Source: Nitrospiraceae bacterium
GTDB lineage: Bacteria > Nitrospirota > Nitrospiria > Nitrospirales > Nitrospiraceae
Reading direction: 5' to 3'
Assembly (NCBI GenBank): GCA_050246315.1
Contig: JBFWWG010000002.1
Location: 460,811-524,810, forward strand
Length of the DNA stretch: 64,000 bases
Shown here: piece after piece, positions 28,492 through 38,163 of the stretch
Numbering within the stretch: the first letter of the stretch is position 1
How the letters are laid out: every line of letters starts with the position of its first letter
Translations under genes and position numbers: made by a program
The notes under the pieces: model-generated
What the model was told of the DNA's origin: nothing
The model's input: only the letters and a program-made list of their open reading frames with translations
Database searches by the model: none

Positions 28492-29401
28492 AGACGGCCC
28501 AAGGTAACTCCTGTTGAGGTTTCTGAAGCCGATGCTTTCTGAGCCTCGTGAGATAGTACTTCGTCATGAATCCGATCATGACGTCCCGCCCATTTCCCTC
28601 CGGCAGGCCATCGCTCAGGCGTTTCATGTAGACATAAAACAGACGGCGTAATGTTCGTTCAGGATCAGCGACTTGATTGATGTAAGTGAGCCGATTGTAA
28701 AACAGGTCCGAATAGTAATCGCCGTGATCGTCGATGTACATGATGAGGGAGCCGGCCAGAAAGATCAGACTTGCGTACCGCAGCGGGAGTTCGGGAACCA
28801 AGAAACCAGTCAACACCAAGATCGCATGGCCACTCCGGTTCCTCGCATTCTCCCGCAGCACATGAAGTTGTTGATGTCGGGGCAGATCATCAAATGAGGA
28901 CCGGTCAAGACGAACCTGAACATCCCGCTTCTGCGCGTTGAGCAAGAGAAGAATGGCTTGCCGGAGGAACCGATCGAGGACATCCCGTTCCGCAAACAAT
29001 CGCGAGATGATCACATAAAACAGCTTTTCGCGTGGGGTTCGAATCTCAAACCATCCCGTCGTCAACAGGAGTTCGAACCGTTCCAGGTAGTCCCTCGCCG
29101 CGTCATTCCCAAAATCGTCGAGAAAACTATCGGCTAAAAAACAGCAGCCGCCAAACAAGCTGCCGATCCTCTGCCGTCGCGCGTCGTAGGGATACCCACA
29201 AATTTCCGAACAGGCGTGCCCGACAACGGTCATTTTCGCGCTTAGTTCCATCATTTTTCGGCATTCGTCGCGACGATCTCGGTAGAGCTCGGGATAGTAC
29301 GCGCGGACGAGCGGCTCCAGACACGCACCGGCCGCCTTACGATAGTCTTCGAACAGGCGGTCGATCTGAAAACTTGCTTCTGAGCGCTGAGGCTGTCGCA
29401 T
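28484..29401 (-). CDS. Putative class I isoprenoid-synthase-fold protein (terpene synthase/prenyltransferase-like)
   Basis: All-helical; Asp-rich motifs LADSFLDD and YIDDHGDYYSD, with RNRSG between; GGAG RBS at ATG 29401. Confidence 0.65.
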   Translation of the reverse strand: MRQPQRSEASFQIDRLFEDYRKAAGACLEPLVRAYYPELYRDRRDECRKMMELSAKMTVVGHACSEICGYPYDARRQRIGSLFGGCCFLADSFLDDFGNDAARDYLERFELLLTTGWFEIRTPREKLFYVIISRLFAERDVLDRFLRQAILLLLNAQKRDVQVRLDRSSFDDLPRHQQLHVLRENARNRSGHAILVLTGFLVPELPLRYASLIFLAGSLIMYIDDHGDYYSDLFYNRLTYINQVADPERTLRRLFYVYMKRLSDGLPEGNGRDVMIGFMTKYYLTRLRKHRLQKPQQELPWAVYE

Positions 29402-29733
29402 CGACGCTCCGCCAGGAGGAGCGTTCGCATTATAGGTCTTTTGCACCGAAAACAAAATCCGCGGCGGAAGTCCTCCGGCATTCTATGAAACCTCGACGCC
29501 GACTCACATTGGCGCTGTCGCAAAGAAATTGCACTGGAGGCAGATTACGTTGGCCTCTATTTCCTTGCCCCGCCGAGTGGTCCGCGAATGAGGCGATGCG
29601 ACGGCTCTTACGATAAAGAGTCTTATTCCCCTTCGCCCAATAACCATGATCTGCCAGAAATTCGATCGGTTCCTGCAAGACAATCACGGACGCCCTGTTG
29701 GGTCGGCGATGATCCCCTCAGGGAAATCATGTC

Positions 29734-29955
29734 GGTCTAGGCGCACGGACGCACGCCGTCGGTGACCGACGTCCTGTGCAATGGTGTCGGAGCCTGGATC
29801 GGCGCGTTGGCGGTTCGCTGGGAATCGCTTACTTCCATCCCACCACGTCATACCCCCGTTCGCGGAGACAGCGATTCACGTACTGCTTGTAAACCTGACT
29901 GGGCTGGCGACGGCTGAACAGCGACCGAAGCAAGCCGTGCGTGGCCCCGCCGGCC
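29734..29955 (+). repeat. Right 222-bp direct repeat of island
   Basis: Matches 19181-19402; holds an orphan vanZ 3' fragment and the intact glycine-zipper gene 3' end. Confidence 0.95.
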
Positions 29956-30308
29956 GCGCCCGCCGCCGCGCCGGTCATGGCTCCTCGTCCCGGATTGCCG
30001 CGGATCGCGCCGGCCACTGCTCCGCCCGCCGCTCCGGACGCCGATCCCATGGCTGCTCCTGTGGCAGTTCTGGTGGCGGTCTCCCCGGTCTTGCCCGAAT
30101 CCGGCTCGGCACCGGCCGCCTCGGCAGCCTCCCCGCAGAACTCGATATCCTGTTCGGCAACGGTCTCACCAACATCCTGGAAATGCGCATTCGGATAGAG
30201 GATCGGCTTCGAACGAGAACAGCCGGCCAACAGGATGACCGCCACAGCCAACAGCGATGTCGCCGCGCCCGCGCGCCCGCGCCGGTCGATCAGCAGTCGG
30301 ATCATCAT
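29829..30308 (-). CDS. Glycine-zipper lipoprotein
   Basis: LAGC lipobox; GAAxGAAxG repeats; YVNRCLRERGY. Confidence 0.85.
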   Translation of the reverse strand: MMIRLLIDRRGRAGAATSLLAVAVILLAGCSRSKPILYPNAHFQDVGETVAEQDIEFCGEAAEAAGAEPDSGKTGETATRTATGAAMGSASGAAGGAVAGAIRGNPGRGAMTGAAAGAAGGATHGLLRSLFSRRQPSQVYKQYVNRCLRERGYDVVGWK

Positions 30309-31159
30309 GAGGGGATCTGGAGTTCCCGGCGGCGAAGCGCCTTCATCATCTGCGGGTCGCTCAGCCCTACTTCGCTGAGCGCGTCCATGATGTGCAGGTT
30401 TCTGGTCTTGGCTAATTCCTTGGCCTTTGCATATTGCATGTGGTTGAACCGTGCCACCGCCGGCTGATTGTTGACGATCTGGCAGGCCAACACCTCGCCG
30501 TCCACTTCAAGCACACCTCCCTGTTCGATCAAGGTACGGGCCTGTGCCACGCTAATGCCGTGGAGCTGCGCAAACTCCGCAAGCCCCCCGGTTTCGACAA
30601 GCTGACCGTCGGGCATAATGCAGAGGCGCTTGAAGTGCGGCGACCAATCCTTCCGAAAATCGATGTATTTGATGTCTCCCCCGCGGGAGACCGACCGATC
30701 CAGCTTGCGATAGTCCAGCCCCAGGTTCTTCTGATCCAGTTTGGTCAGAAGCTCGGGAGGTAATGTCCGGTAGAAGACCCGGGCCGCCGCCTCCGACAAC
30801 GAGATTGCCGCGGACCGGGCCAGTTGCTCCGCCTCACACATCTGCATGAGGTCTAACAGCCAGGTCTGCTTCGGCTTCTCTCCCGTCGGATCGATCCGGC
30901 AGACAAACACCCCCCTCGTGATCAAGGAGCCATCCTGCGGATAATGATAGAGTCCTCCCTCTCGAAGGACCTTCGTCATCTCGTCCAGCGGCACCTCGTA
31001 ACTTTCCGCCAGCACCTTGGCATGTCCTGTAAGATCCTCCTCTTCCGTCATGGCACAGACGGTGACATTGCCCGGCGCATCGAATTCCGTATAGTCTTCG
31101 ATGATGTTGTAAAGAGCCGGGGCCTTGGTTTGAACGGCTTTCTTCTTGATCTTGAACAT
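30305..31159 (-). CDS. Hypothetical protein with internally duplicated domain
   Basis: GGAGG RBS; two homologous halves. Confidence 0.75.
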   Translation of the reverse strand: MFKIKKKAVQTKAPALYNIIEDYTEFDAPGNVTVCAMTEEEDLTGHAKVLAESYEVPLDEMTKVLREGGLYHYPQDGSLITRGVFVCRIDPTGEKPKQTWLLDLMQMCEAEQLARSAAISLSEAAARVFYRTLPPELLTKLDQKNLGLDYRKLDRSVSRGGDIKYIDFRKDWSPHFKRLCIMPDGQLVETGGLAEFAQLHGISVAQARTLIEQGGVLEVDGEVLACQIVNNQPAVARFNHMQYAKAKELAKTRNLHIMDALSEVGLSDPQMMKALRRRELQIPS

Positions 31160-31247
31160 GTTCCTCCGAACACAGACTGAGGTTCAGGTTGAGGCCAAGG
31201 AAGACAGGTGCAGCGCCACATACCCGTATCTGTTCTCACCCTCAGCC

Positions 31248-32990
31248 TTAACCTTTGGGTTGTCTCTCGCCATACGGCGGCAGGGTCGTCAACCGCTGAT
31301 CTTCCACCGCGCCGCCGACGGTGAAGTGGTACAAGGATTGAAACGTCCGGTCCTTCAGCCCGAACACCTCGTGGACCGGATCGTCGAAGAAACACCCGAT
31401 CCCGGTCGCCCGGACGCCGGCGGCTTCCGCTTCGAGATAGAGCACCTGACCGATCACACCACATTCCCAAAATAACCGCGGGTAGACCCAGGGGCCGATC
31501 GTCTGCAATGGATCCGCGAACTCAGCCAACATGCCCAACGAAAAGGCGCTGGCGCCGGCGATCTCTTGATGGCAACTGACCTGCGCCGCAAGCCGGCGAC
31601 CATCTCCTTCGGCCAAGCAGAACAGCGGAAGGGACGGTGGACAACCGGAGGGTTGGGCCCACAGGAAATCCCGGTTCATCTGTTGTCGAAGGACCGAGAG
31701 TTTAGCCTCATCGCGAACCAGGCAATAGAGTCCCGGCGCGAGCCCATCCACTAAATGAACGAACAGACCCAGGTGCACCCTCGGTTCCCAGGTCAACACA
31801 TCCCATGGAATCGCAGGGAGACCTGAGGCGGCCTCGGTCGTCACCGGCATCACCCGCTCCAGCATGTGAAAGAAGGTCTGATCGGTGATCGAGGTCTTCC
31901 CGTCGAAGGCCACGGCGCTGCGACGCTGATGGATCAGTTGATGGGCGGTCGCTGATCGGTTAGAAACAGGTGGTGGGAAGGAAGCTGTCGGACCGCCCTC
32001 ACGCGGCCGGCCCTGGGTCCGGGGTTTGCCCGTCGCCTCGGAGACCTCGTCGATGATATCCCACCGCACCGGCTCGTCGGGACTCAGTCGATTGCCGTGA
32101 CCGTGCCACACCGCTCGGTCCATAGCCAAGATCGACTCCTCATCCAAGCCGAGAGGAATCGACCGGTGCTCCTCGGCTTGAGCGATGGTATCCACCGCCG
32201 GCCAAACGACGGCCAACACATCCGCATATTCCGCCTCGACCCCTTCAAAATCTTTCCGGCGGGCGACCCCACATACGGCCGCGACTTCCTCGGTCGCAAG
32301 ATCATCAAGCAGCCGCATCCGCCATCCGAGCGATGCGGCGGAGATCCTCGCGCTTCCGATGGCATGGCCCGTATCGTGATGGCAATAGCGAAAGGCGCGT
32401 TCTCCGTATTTCCACGCCTCCCGCCAATAGACCGATGTCACGCCAACCAGAAAGGAATGCACGGGAAACGGGGCGAGCAGCCTCCTGAACACGTCCTCCG
32501 GTACGTCCGCCCGTAACTCCAACCCATGCTCCTTGGGCGCATAGTGATAGAGCGCCGGATGGTCCGCCAATCCGGCCAACGGTCCGATCAGCACATAGCC
32601 TTCGGTCGGATGCAGGTTGCCGCTTGACGGATTGCTCCGAAGCGCCCACCGGACCTCCCCCGCCTGTTTCCAGGCCGTGATCGAAAGCGCGTACTCAAGA
32701 AAGCGCGAGAGCGAGGCAGATGTCAGCGGTTCCGGCGTCACAGCCTGATGGCGATAGAGATCGTCGTAGCAAGGCGGCGGCTCTTGGGCCTCCAACAGTG
32801 GAAGCCGGAACAGGGGCGCCCCCTGGTACCGGCGAAAGGGGTCCGGTTGATTGGCCCAGTCGAGATAGCCCAATGATCGGGCATAGCGCATGAACTGATG
32901 CTTGGTCTCCTCGTGGTAGCGGATCACCTGCTCGCGAGGCGTCAACCCTTCGGATCGGCGCGGCAGCCGGTTTGCAGTGGTCTTCTCCAT
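31248..32990 (-). CDS. SagB/ThcOx-family tandem nitroreductase-domain protein
   Basis: YHEETKH, LDWANQP, LRSNPSSGNLHPTE, WKYGERAFRY, RRSA, GIGCFFDD. Confidence 0.88.
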   Translation of the reverse strand: MEKTTANRLPRRSEGLTPREQVIRYHEETKHQFMRYARSLGYLDWANQPDPFRRYQGAPLFRLPLLEAQEPPPCYDDLYRHQAVTPEPLTSASLSRFLEYALSITAWKQAGEVRWALRSNPSSGNLHPTEGYVLIGPLAGLADHPALYHYAPKEHGLELRADVPEDVFRRLLAPFPVHSFLVGVTSVYWREAWKYGERAFRYCHHDTGHAIGSARISAASLGWRMRLLDDLATEEVAAVCGVARRKDFEGVEAEYADVLAVVWPAVDTIAQAEEHRSIPLGLDEESILAMDRAVWHGHGNRLSPDEPVRWDIIDEVSEATGKPRTQGRPREGGPTASFPPPVSNRSATAHQLIHQRRSAVAFDGKTSITDQTFFHMLERVMPVTTEAASGLPAIPWDVLTWEPRVHLGLFVHLVDGLAPGLYCLVRDEAKLSVLRQQMNRDFLWAQPSGCPPSLPLFCLAEGDGRRLAAQVSCHQEIAGASAFSLGMLAEFADPLQTIGPWVYPRLFWECGVIGQVLYLEAEAAGVRATGIGCFFDDPVHEVFGLKDRTFQSLYHFTVGGAVEDQRLTTLPPYGERQPKG

Positions 32991-33140
32991 GGTCTTCCGA
33001 TGACTGGGAGTCTAGCCTCAGCCTTGAGGCAAAGTAAACGTATCGAGGGAAGCAGGAGCCGTCTCAGGCGATTGACCGGGAGACCTGTCGATCCGTACAC
33101 TGCGCGGAGCTATCACCCATTCCACCCCCGTTGACGGTTC

Positions 33141-33572
33141 ATGAATTTCGATCCTGCCATTGAAGCCCAACTGGCGTTTCGTCGGGCCCAAGCGGCGCAC
33201 GAGCTCGGCGCGGAATGGGATCTGGCCGAGGAACTGGAAGAGTCATTTTCCGCATCAGCCGGCGCCGAAGCCTCTCAGGCCTACCGACGCCTCGTGGGCT
33301 TGGGCGAGCGACATCAGGGAGCGTCGGCATTCCAAGAATTTCTGATCTACATCACGTGGCAGCAGGTCACGGAGGAAACCCTCGCAGAGCACTTTGAACG
33401 GGGCGCCATGCTCTGCGATCGATTTTTGAGCCGGGAGCATGACGGCGTGGGCGCCCAAACACGCTCACAGGTGGAAGCGCTGCGTCTTTCGTTTCGGGAG
33501 GGACTTGGGCTGGCCGACCACGATGAACTTGCCAACGACTATGAGCGGGACACACCAAGAGGCGGAGACTGA
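33141..33572 (+). CDS. Hypothetical protein
   Basis: 143-aa acidic helical ORF with coding-like composition. Confidence 0.65.
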   Translation: MNFDPAIEAQLAFRRAQAAHELGAEWDLAEELEESFSASAGAEASQAYRRLVGLGERHQGASAFQEFLIYITWQQVTEETLAEHFERGAMLCDRFLSREHDGVGAQTRSQVEALRLSFREGLGLADHDELANDYERDTPRGGD

Positions 33573-33644
33573 TTACCCATCACCCGGTTTTCGTGATTCG
33601 GCACGCGACCAGATGCCTGCAAGGGACTCGGTAGCTTCCAGAGA

Positions 33645-34298
33645 TCACCGCCCAAGCGGAGAAGGCCGTCCCTTGTCCAGGCTCGGCTTCTTCGTCTCGC
33701 CTGCAGGCTGATCGGCAAGACGTCGGAAGGTCTTCTTGACCGAGGGATCGTCCTCACGCTCGGCCGCCTGTCTCACCATCGCCATGGCTCCTTGGTCCTT
33801 CGTGGCCGCCAAGGCTCTTCCGGCAGCCTCACGAATCAGCGGGTCATCGGACGACAGGTAGGGAGCCAGGGCAGACACCGCCTTCTGTCCCGATACCGTT
33901 CCATGCGAATGCAGGGCCGATCGCAACAGAACCGGGTTAAGGCTCTTTTGACGAACCATCCCTTCCAGGAAGGCAGCCACGCGCGGATCATCAGGATAAT
34001 ATCTGAGCAGCGAGAGTGCCCGACTCCGCAGCAATGGATCCTCCTCGGCATTCTGCGCGACCTCCATGAGCAGCGGCGGGACACCGCTCCCCATGTCGGA
34101 GAGAGCCTTCGGCGTCACCGTCACCTCTTCGGCAGAGAGAAGCGCACGCAGGGCTGCTCTCGTATCAGGCTCGGCTTGAGCGATGTCGCGACAACCGGTG
34201 ACGGTCACGATACAGAACAGCGCGAGGAAAAGCCCGATCCCAACCCGCCCCATGGGGACGTCCACCTGTTCCGGTTCCGGTTTCAGTCTGTCCGCCAT
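33645..34298 (-). CDS. HEAT-repeat lipoprotein
   Basis: AGGAG RBS; VTGC lipobox; DPLLRSRA, DPLIREAAGRAL repeats. Confidence 0.75.
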   Translation of the reverse strand: MADRLKPEPEQVDVPMGRVGIGLFLALFCIVTVTGCRDIAQAEPDTRAALRALLSAEEVTVTPKALSDMGSGVPPLLMEVAQNAEEDPLLRSRALSLLRYYPDDPRVAAFLEGMVRQKSLNPVLLRSALHSHGTVSGQKAVSALAPYLSSDDPLIREAAGRALAATKDQGAMAMVRQAAEREDDPSVKKTFRRLADQPAGETKKPSLDKGRPSPLGR

Positions 34299-34324
34299 CG
34301 ATGCAAACTCCTGTCCGCTTCTCG

Positions 34325-35626
34325 TCACTGAACCAACGGATTTCGTTGGAGCACAAAGACCTGCCCCGCCGTCATTTGATCCCTGACCTGCGGAGGGGAC
34401 GGCTGGGTCCAGAACATCAAGTTGAGCCCGTCTGCCGTAAGACACTCATCGGCCGTCACTTGACCATCGCGATTCAGGTCAAATGAAGTGGGACACTCGG
34501 GTGTATCGGGAATGGGATCGACGTTAAGCGCGGCAAACGGGATGGGAGATCCGCCGCACGTGGGAGCATCCGACCCGCACTGTTCGGTTGTATGAAACAG
34601 GCCGAGGTAGTGGCCGACCTCATGCGCCATCGTCCTCCCACGTCTCAACAGCGCTTCGTTTGACAACAGTCCGATGCGGTTGGACGCAATCGTCACCGCG
34701 ACTCCGGACTGTACGGTACCGACGATCGGGCCCGGTCCTGGAATCCCGCCGGCGATCCCGGCGATGAAGGTTGTGGCATCGCCGTCGTCGTCGTCGATCT
34801 GCTGGACAAAAAAGATGCTGAGACCTCTGGTGGCGACGACCCCGCTTTGGCTGAACAGGTCTTCCAATTCATCCGACACCCCATTGTTGTTGGCGTCCAC
34901 AACGTCGATCACGGCCAACCTCGCCTGGTCCGATGCCGGGCAATCATAGGTTCCCGCCACCTGGGCTTGGATTCCCGCTTGCGACAGGATTCGCGAGAAC
35001 TCCTGGAGGAGAACCCCGAACGAGGGGTTGGTCATCGCGTTCCCGGCGTTGAGATCGCTTAGGCCGCAAAAATGCAGGTTAACGGTCATCGAGCCGGATG
35101 AAAAATTTTGGCGCCGGTTCAACAGGGCATACACCTTGGCACTCTGTGTCGAGGCGCTGAAATTGAGGACCGAAAACTGATAGGTCCCGAGCGGGACGGC
35201 ATAGGTCGTGCTGTGGGGAAAGAGGCCGGCTGCAACCGATTGTCCAGAGGCCTGGAGCGTCGTCCGTCCAATGGGGTCGAGATCACTATACGAAGCGGTG
35301 ATCCACGTGGCGCCGAGCGGATTGATGATCGGCGCGATATCGATATCGGGAGCGCGCCCCCCATCGGCCACCAACATGAACGTGGAAGAATCCACAGGGA
35401 CTTGGAAGGCCACACTCGTATTGGCCGGAAGCGTGGCAGTGCCGAGGTCGCGAATCTCAGTTTGTCCAAAGAACGTGCTCACGCCTCCACCGCTGACACT
35501 TGGAGCGGGAGTGCCTCCGTCGCCGTTCCCGTCACATCCGGCGACGGCACAGAGAATCGAGAGCAACAGGATCGGCCCACCATGGAGACGACGCCATCTT
35601 GGTCGAGCAGCCTCCTGAGCCACCAT
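34325..35626 (-). CDS. Lipoprotein zinc metalloprotease (metzincin, M43-like)
   Basis: VAGC lipobox; AHEVGHYLGLFH; D.IPDTP; NLM Met-turn. Confidence 0.8.
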   Translation of the reverse strand: MVAQEAARPRWRRLHGGPILLLSILCAVAGCDGNGDGGTPAPSVSGGGVSTFFGQTEIRDLGTATLPANTSVAFQVPVDSSTFMLVADGGRAPDIDIAPIINPLGATWITASYSDLDPIGRTTLQASGQSVAAGLFPHSTTYAVPLGTYQFSVLNFSASTQSAKVYALLNRRQNFSSGSMTVNLHFCGLSDLNAGNAMTNPSFGVLLQEFSRILSQAGIQAQVAGTYDCPASDQARLAVIDVVDANNNGVSDELEDLFSQSGVVATRGLSIFFVQQIDDDDGDATTFIAGIAGGIPGPGPIVGTVQSGVAVTIASNRIGLLSNEALLRRGRTMAHEVGHYLGLFHTTEQCGSDAPTCGGSPIPFAALNVDPIPDTPECPTSFDLNRDGQVTADECLTADGLNLMFWTQPSPPQVRDQMTAGQVFVLQRNPLVQ

Positions 35627-35762
35627 GAGGCACACGATACCACGCCGAGGGGGTGAAACAATATGGACCCGTTGATCGCTGGCCGCCTTCGTAGAGGGAC
35701 ACCGGTCTCGTGCGGGGTCGAACCCGTAGATTCCGCGAGAGGTCCTGAGTATCCTGGACGGT

Positions 35763-36539
35763 ATGCACACCGACGCCGCTCAGAGGGCTCGCATCTATTT
35801 CCATCGAGGCGATCTCGATCAGGCCCGCCACTGGTACGAACAGGCCGTCCAGGGCGCGCGAACCGAAGGTGACGAGGCCGCACTGGCCGACAGTTTAGGT
35901 AACCTCGGCAACGTGTACGCGCTCTGCGGACAATCTGAAGAAGCTGAAGGCTGCTACCGGGAATTGTTGGCCATTCAGCGTGAGCGTCGAGACCCTCTCG
36001 CGATTGGTCAAACTCTGGTCAACCTAGGAAACCTGCAGAAGGACGCCGGACGACTCGGACCGGCGCGGGCCCACTATATGGAGGCCTTGGACCTCCTGCT
36101 CCGCATCGAAGACGATCGGTCGCTCGGACTCCTCTACGCCAATCTGGCACTCCTGGACGCGGCCGAGCAACAATCGGCCAAGGCGGTGGAATCCTTCACC
36201 CGGGCGCTGGAGTATCACCGCAAGGTCGGGGACGAAGCCGGGCTGGCGACCACCTACAGCCAACTCGGCAGGACCTTTTTCGACATGGGCGAGTTCCGCC
36301 GCGCCGAGCGTTGCTTGAACAACGCGTCCGAACACTTTATCAAGCTCGGTGACGAGCCGGGTGAGGCGGCAGTACTGAGGGTGCTGGCAGAGTTGTATCT
36401 CCAAACCGCACAATCGATCGGGGCCCGGCGTTGTCTTGAACGGGTTGTGCTCATCGGCCGCCGCTATCGCCTCCCCACCCTGGACAGCGACCGCACAAAA
36501 CTTGCCTCACTCCTCACCACGCCACAGCGTCCGGCCTGA
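35763..36539 (+). CDS. Tetratricopeptide repeat protein
   Basis: Repeated A..LGNLG.VY...G...A...Y..AL. Confidence 0.88.
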   Translation: MHTDAAQRARIYFHRGDLDQARHWYEQAVQGARTEGDEAALADSLGNLGNVYALCGQSEEAEGCYRELLAIQRERRDPLAIGQTLVNLGNLQKDAGRLGPARAHYMEALDLLLRIEDDRSLGLLYANLALLDAAEQQSAKAVESFTRALEYHRKVGDEAGLATTYSQLGRTFFDMGEFRRAERCLNNASEHFIKLGDEPGEAAVLRVLAELYLQTAQSIGARRCLERVVLIGRRYRLPTLDSDRTKLASLLTTPQRPA

Positions 36540-36710
36540 GCAGTCCGACCAAATCTCGCACGTCTCCTTCCCTCTGCCTATCCCATCGGCATCGTCAAGA
36601 AATTGACGGACGTACGTCGTGCGCTTTCCTGGACAGGTGCGAATCATTTGCTACAGTTGTTGCAGAGTCGTCACACCTGACTGTTCAACCCCTCGACAGG
36701 CATTCATTCA

Positions 36711-37325
36711 ATGCACTGGTTGGTGGCCGCGGTTTTGTTGTTTGTTTGGAGCGGAAGCCACTCGCTCTTGCCGGCCGGCGCGGAACATTCCATCGAAGGA
36801 CCGGGTTTCCCTATGGGCACGCAGGAGGTCAGCCTGACCGCCGGATACCTGATCTCCGAGCGGCTGGCCGATGCCTGGACAACAAAACAGTCCGGACCGG
36901 CCGTGATGCCCTCCTGGACCATCACCATCACCGATCCGGTCGGAAAAAGTTGGTACCGAGGGCAGTTCTCGATCGGAGCGGAGGTGGTCTATATCGAATT
37001 TCGTGAGCCGACAGTTTCGCACGGAGTCGGCTTCACCCCAAAACTCAAATGGACCTGGCTCTTCTCCGAGCGCTTTCGGCCCTACTTCGAATTCGCCGGC
37101 GGGCCCTTTTGGACGGATCTGACGAATCAAGTTCGCATTAAAGAATCAGATTCGGAGTTCAATTTCATTGTCACGGCCGGACTCGGTCTCGCCTGGTTTA
37201 TCACGAAACAAACCGCCTTCAATGTCGGCTACCGCTTCCACCACATTTCCAACGCAGGAACCAATACGCCGAACATGGGTCTCAACGCCAGTCTGCCGTT
37301 CGTGGGATTTTCGTTTAACTACTGA
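36711..37325 (+). CDS. Acyloxyacyl hydrolase / PagL-like lipid A deacylase beta-barrel
   Basis: PYFEFAGG, FNF, YRFHHISNAG..PNMGLN, terminal aromatic residue. Confidence 0.85.
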   Translation: MHWLVAAVLLFVWSGSHSLLPAGAEHSIEGPGFPMGTQEVSLTAGYLISERLADAWTTKQSGPAVMPSWTITITDPVGKSWYRGQFSIGAEVVYIEFREPTVSHGVGFTPKLKWTWLFSERFRPYFEFAGGPFWTDLTNQVRIKESDSEFNFIVTAGLGLAWFITKQTAFNVGYRFHHISNAGTNTPNMGLNASLPFVGFSFNY

Positions 37326-37348
37326 ACCTCGCACCTGGGAGCGCACTC

Positions 37349-38107
37349 GTGACACACTCCTTACATCCTCGTCGCGCTCGCATGATCATGACCTTGCTCA
37401 TGCTTCTGGCCGTCACCTTCACCGGTTGCAGCCGCTGGATGCAGATCAACGGCGCCGCGCCGACTGACCTCCCTCCGGCAGCCCACACGGCCGGGGAGCC
37501 GGGGTCGATCCCTGCCGTCATCACCGGCATCGTGGTGACTCAGAACGGCACGCGCCAGGCCGCCACGCCTGATCTGGAACGCCGGGTGCTGGACCGCCTG
37601 GCAAAGACGGAATTGTTCGGCCGACTGTTGTATCCGGCGTACGCCGAGGACGCGCCCTCCCGCGAGCATGTTCGGGCCACCTTGACCGTGGAGGCACACA
37701 GCGATCCCCATGCGGGCGGAGCGGCCTTCAAGGGAATCGTGATCGGAGCCTCAATGTTTCTCCTGACTCCCCTGCTTCCCCTGGAATACGACTACGGGAC
37801 CCTGATGACATTGGAACTCGCACGGCCCGACGGGACGTCGCATCTCTACCAGGCCCAGGCCCAGGGGACCGCCTACTATCACCTGTTCGGCGCCACACCA
37901 TTGGCGATCGAAGAGTTGCGAGACGAGGTCATCGAACACTGCCTCGTTCAACTGCAGCGGGAGCTGGTCAAGGACCGAGAGTTCGTGCAGGCCGCCTATG
38001 TGGCCAAGCGCCAGACTGAATCGACCGGCGCGCCGGTCGTTCAAACGGGCACACCGATCCTGAAGGCGAAACCGACCCTGTCGATCATTCGGCAGACTGG
38101 ACGGTAG
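37349..38107 (+). CDS. Putative lipoprotein
   Basis: Hydrophobic signal + FTGC. Confidence 0.7.
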   Translation: MTHSLHPRRARMIMTLLMLLAVTFTGCSRWMQINGAAPTDLPPAAHTAGEPGSIPAVITGIVVTQNGTRQAATPDLERRVLDRLAKTELFGRLLYPAYAEDAPSREHVRATLTVEAHSDPHAGGAAFKGIVIGASMFLLTPLLPLEYDYGTLMTLELARPDGTSHLYQAQAQGTAYYHLFGATPLAIEELRDEVIEHCLVQLQRELVKDREFVQAAYVAKRQTESTGAPVVQTGTPILKAKPTLSIIRQTGR

Positions 38108-38163
38108 CTTGGATGAACCTGACATGTTATGATTCCGCCGGTGACTCGAAGCGGGGACCCGAC

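Larger units (their letters stand above)
19181..29955. mobile_element. Integrase-less genomic island bounded by 222-bp direct repeats
   Basis: Repeats duplicate the vanZ 3' end / glycine-zipper gene 3' end junction; interior is a single minus-strand operon. Confidence 0.7.

Noticed and set aside
29456..29733. Sigma-54 promoter or riboswitch upstream of the island operon
   Set aside because: No correctly spaced GG-N10-GC element or recognisable aptamer found by eye
31248..32990. Azole-RiPP cluster around the SagB-like gene
   Set aside because: No YcaO, E1-like protein or Cys/Ser-rich precursor adjacent; it lies outside the repeat-bounded island
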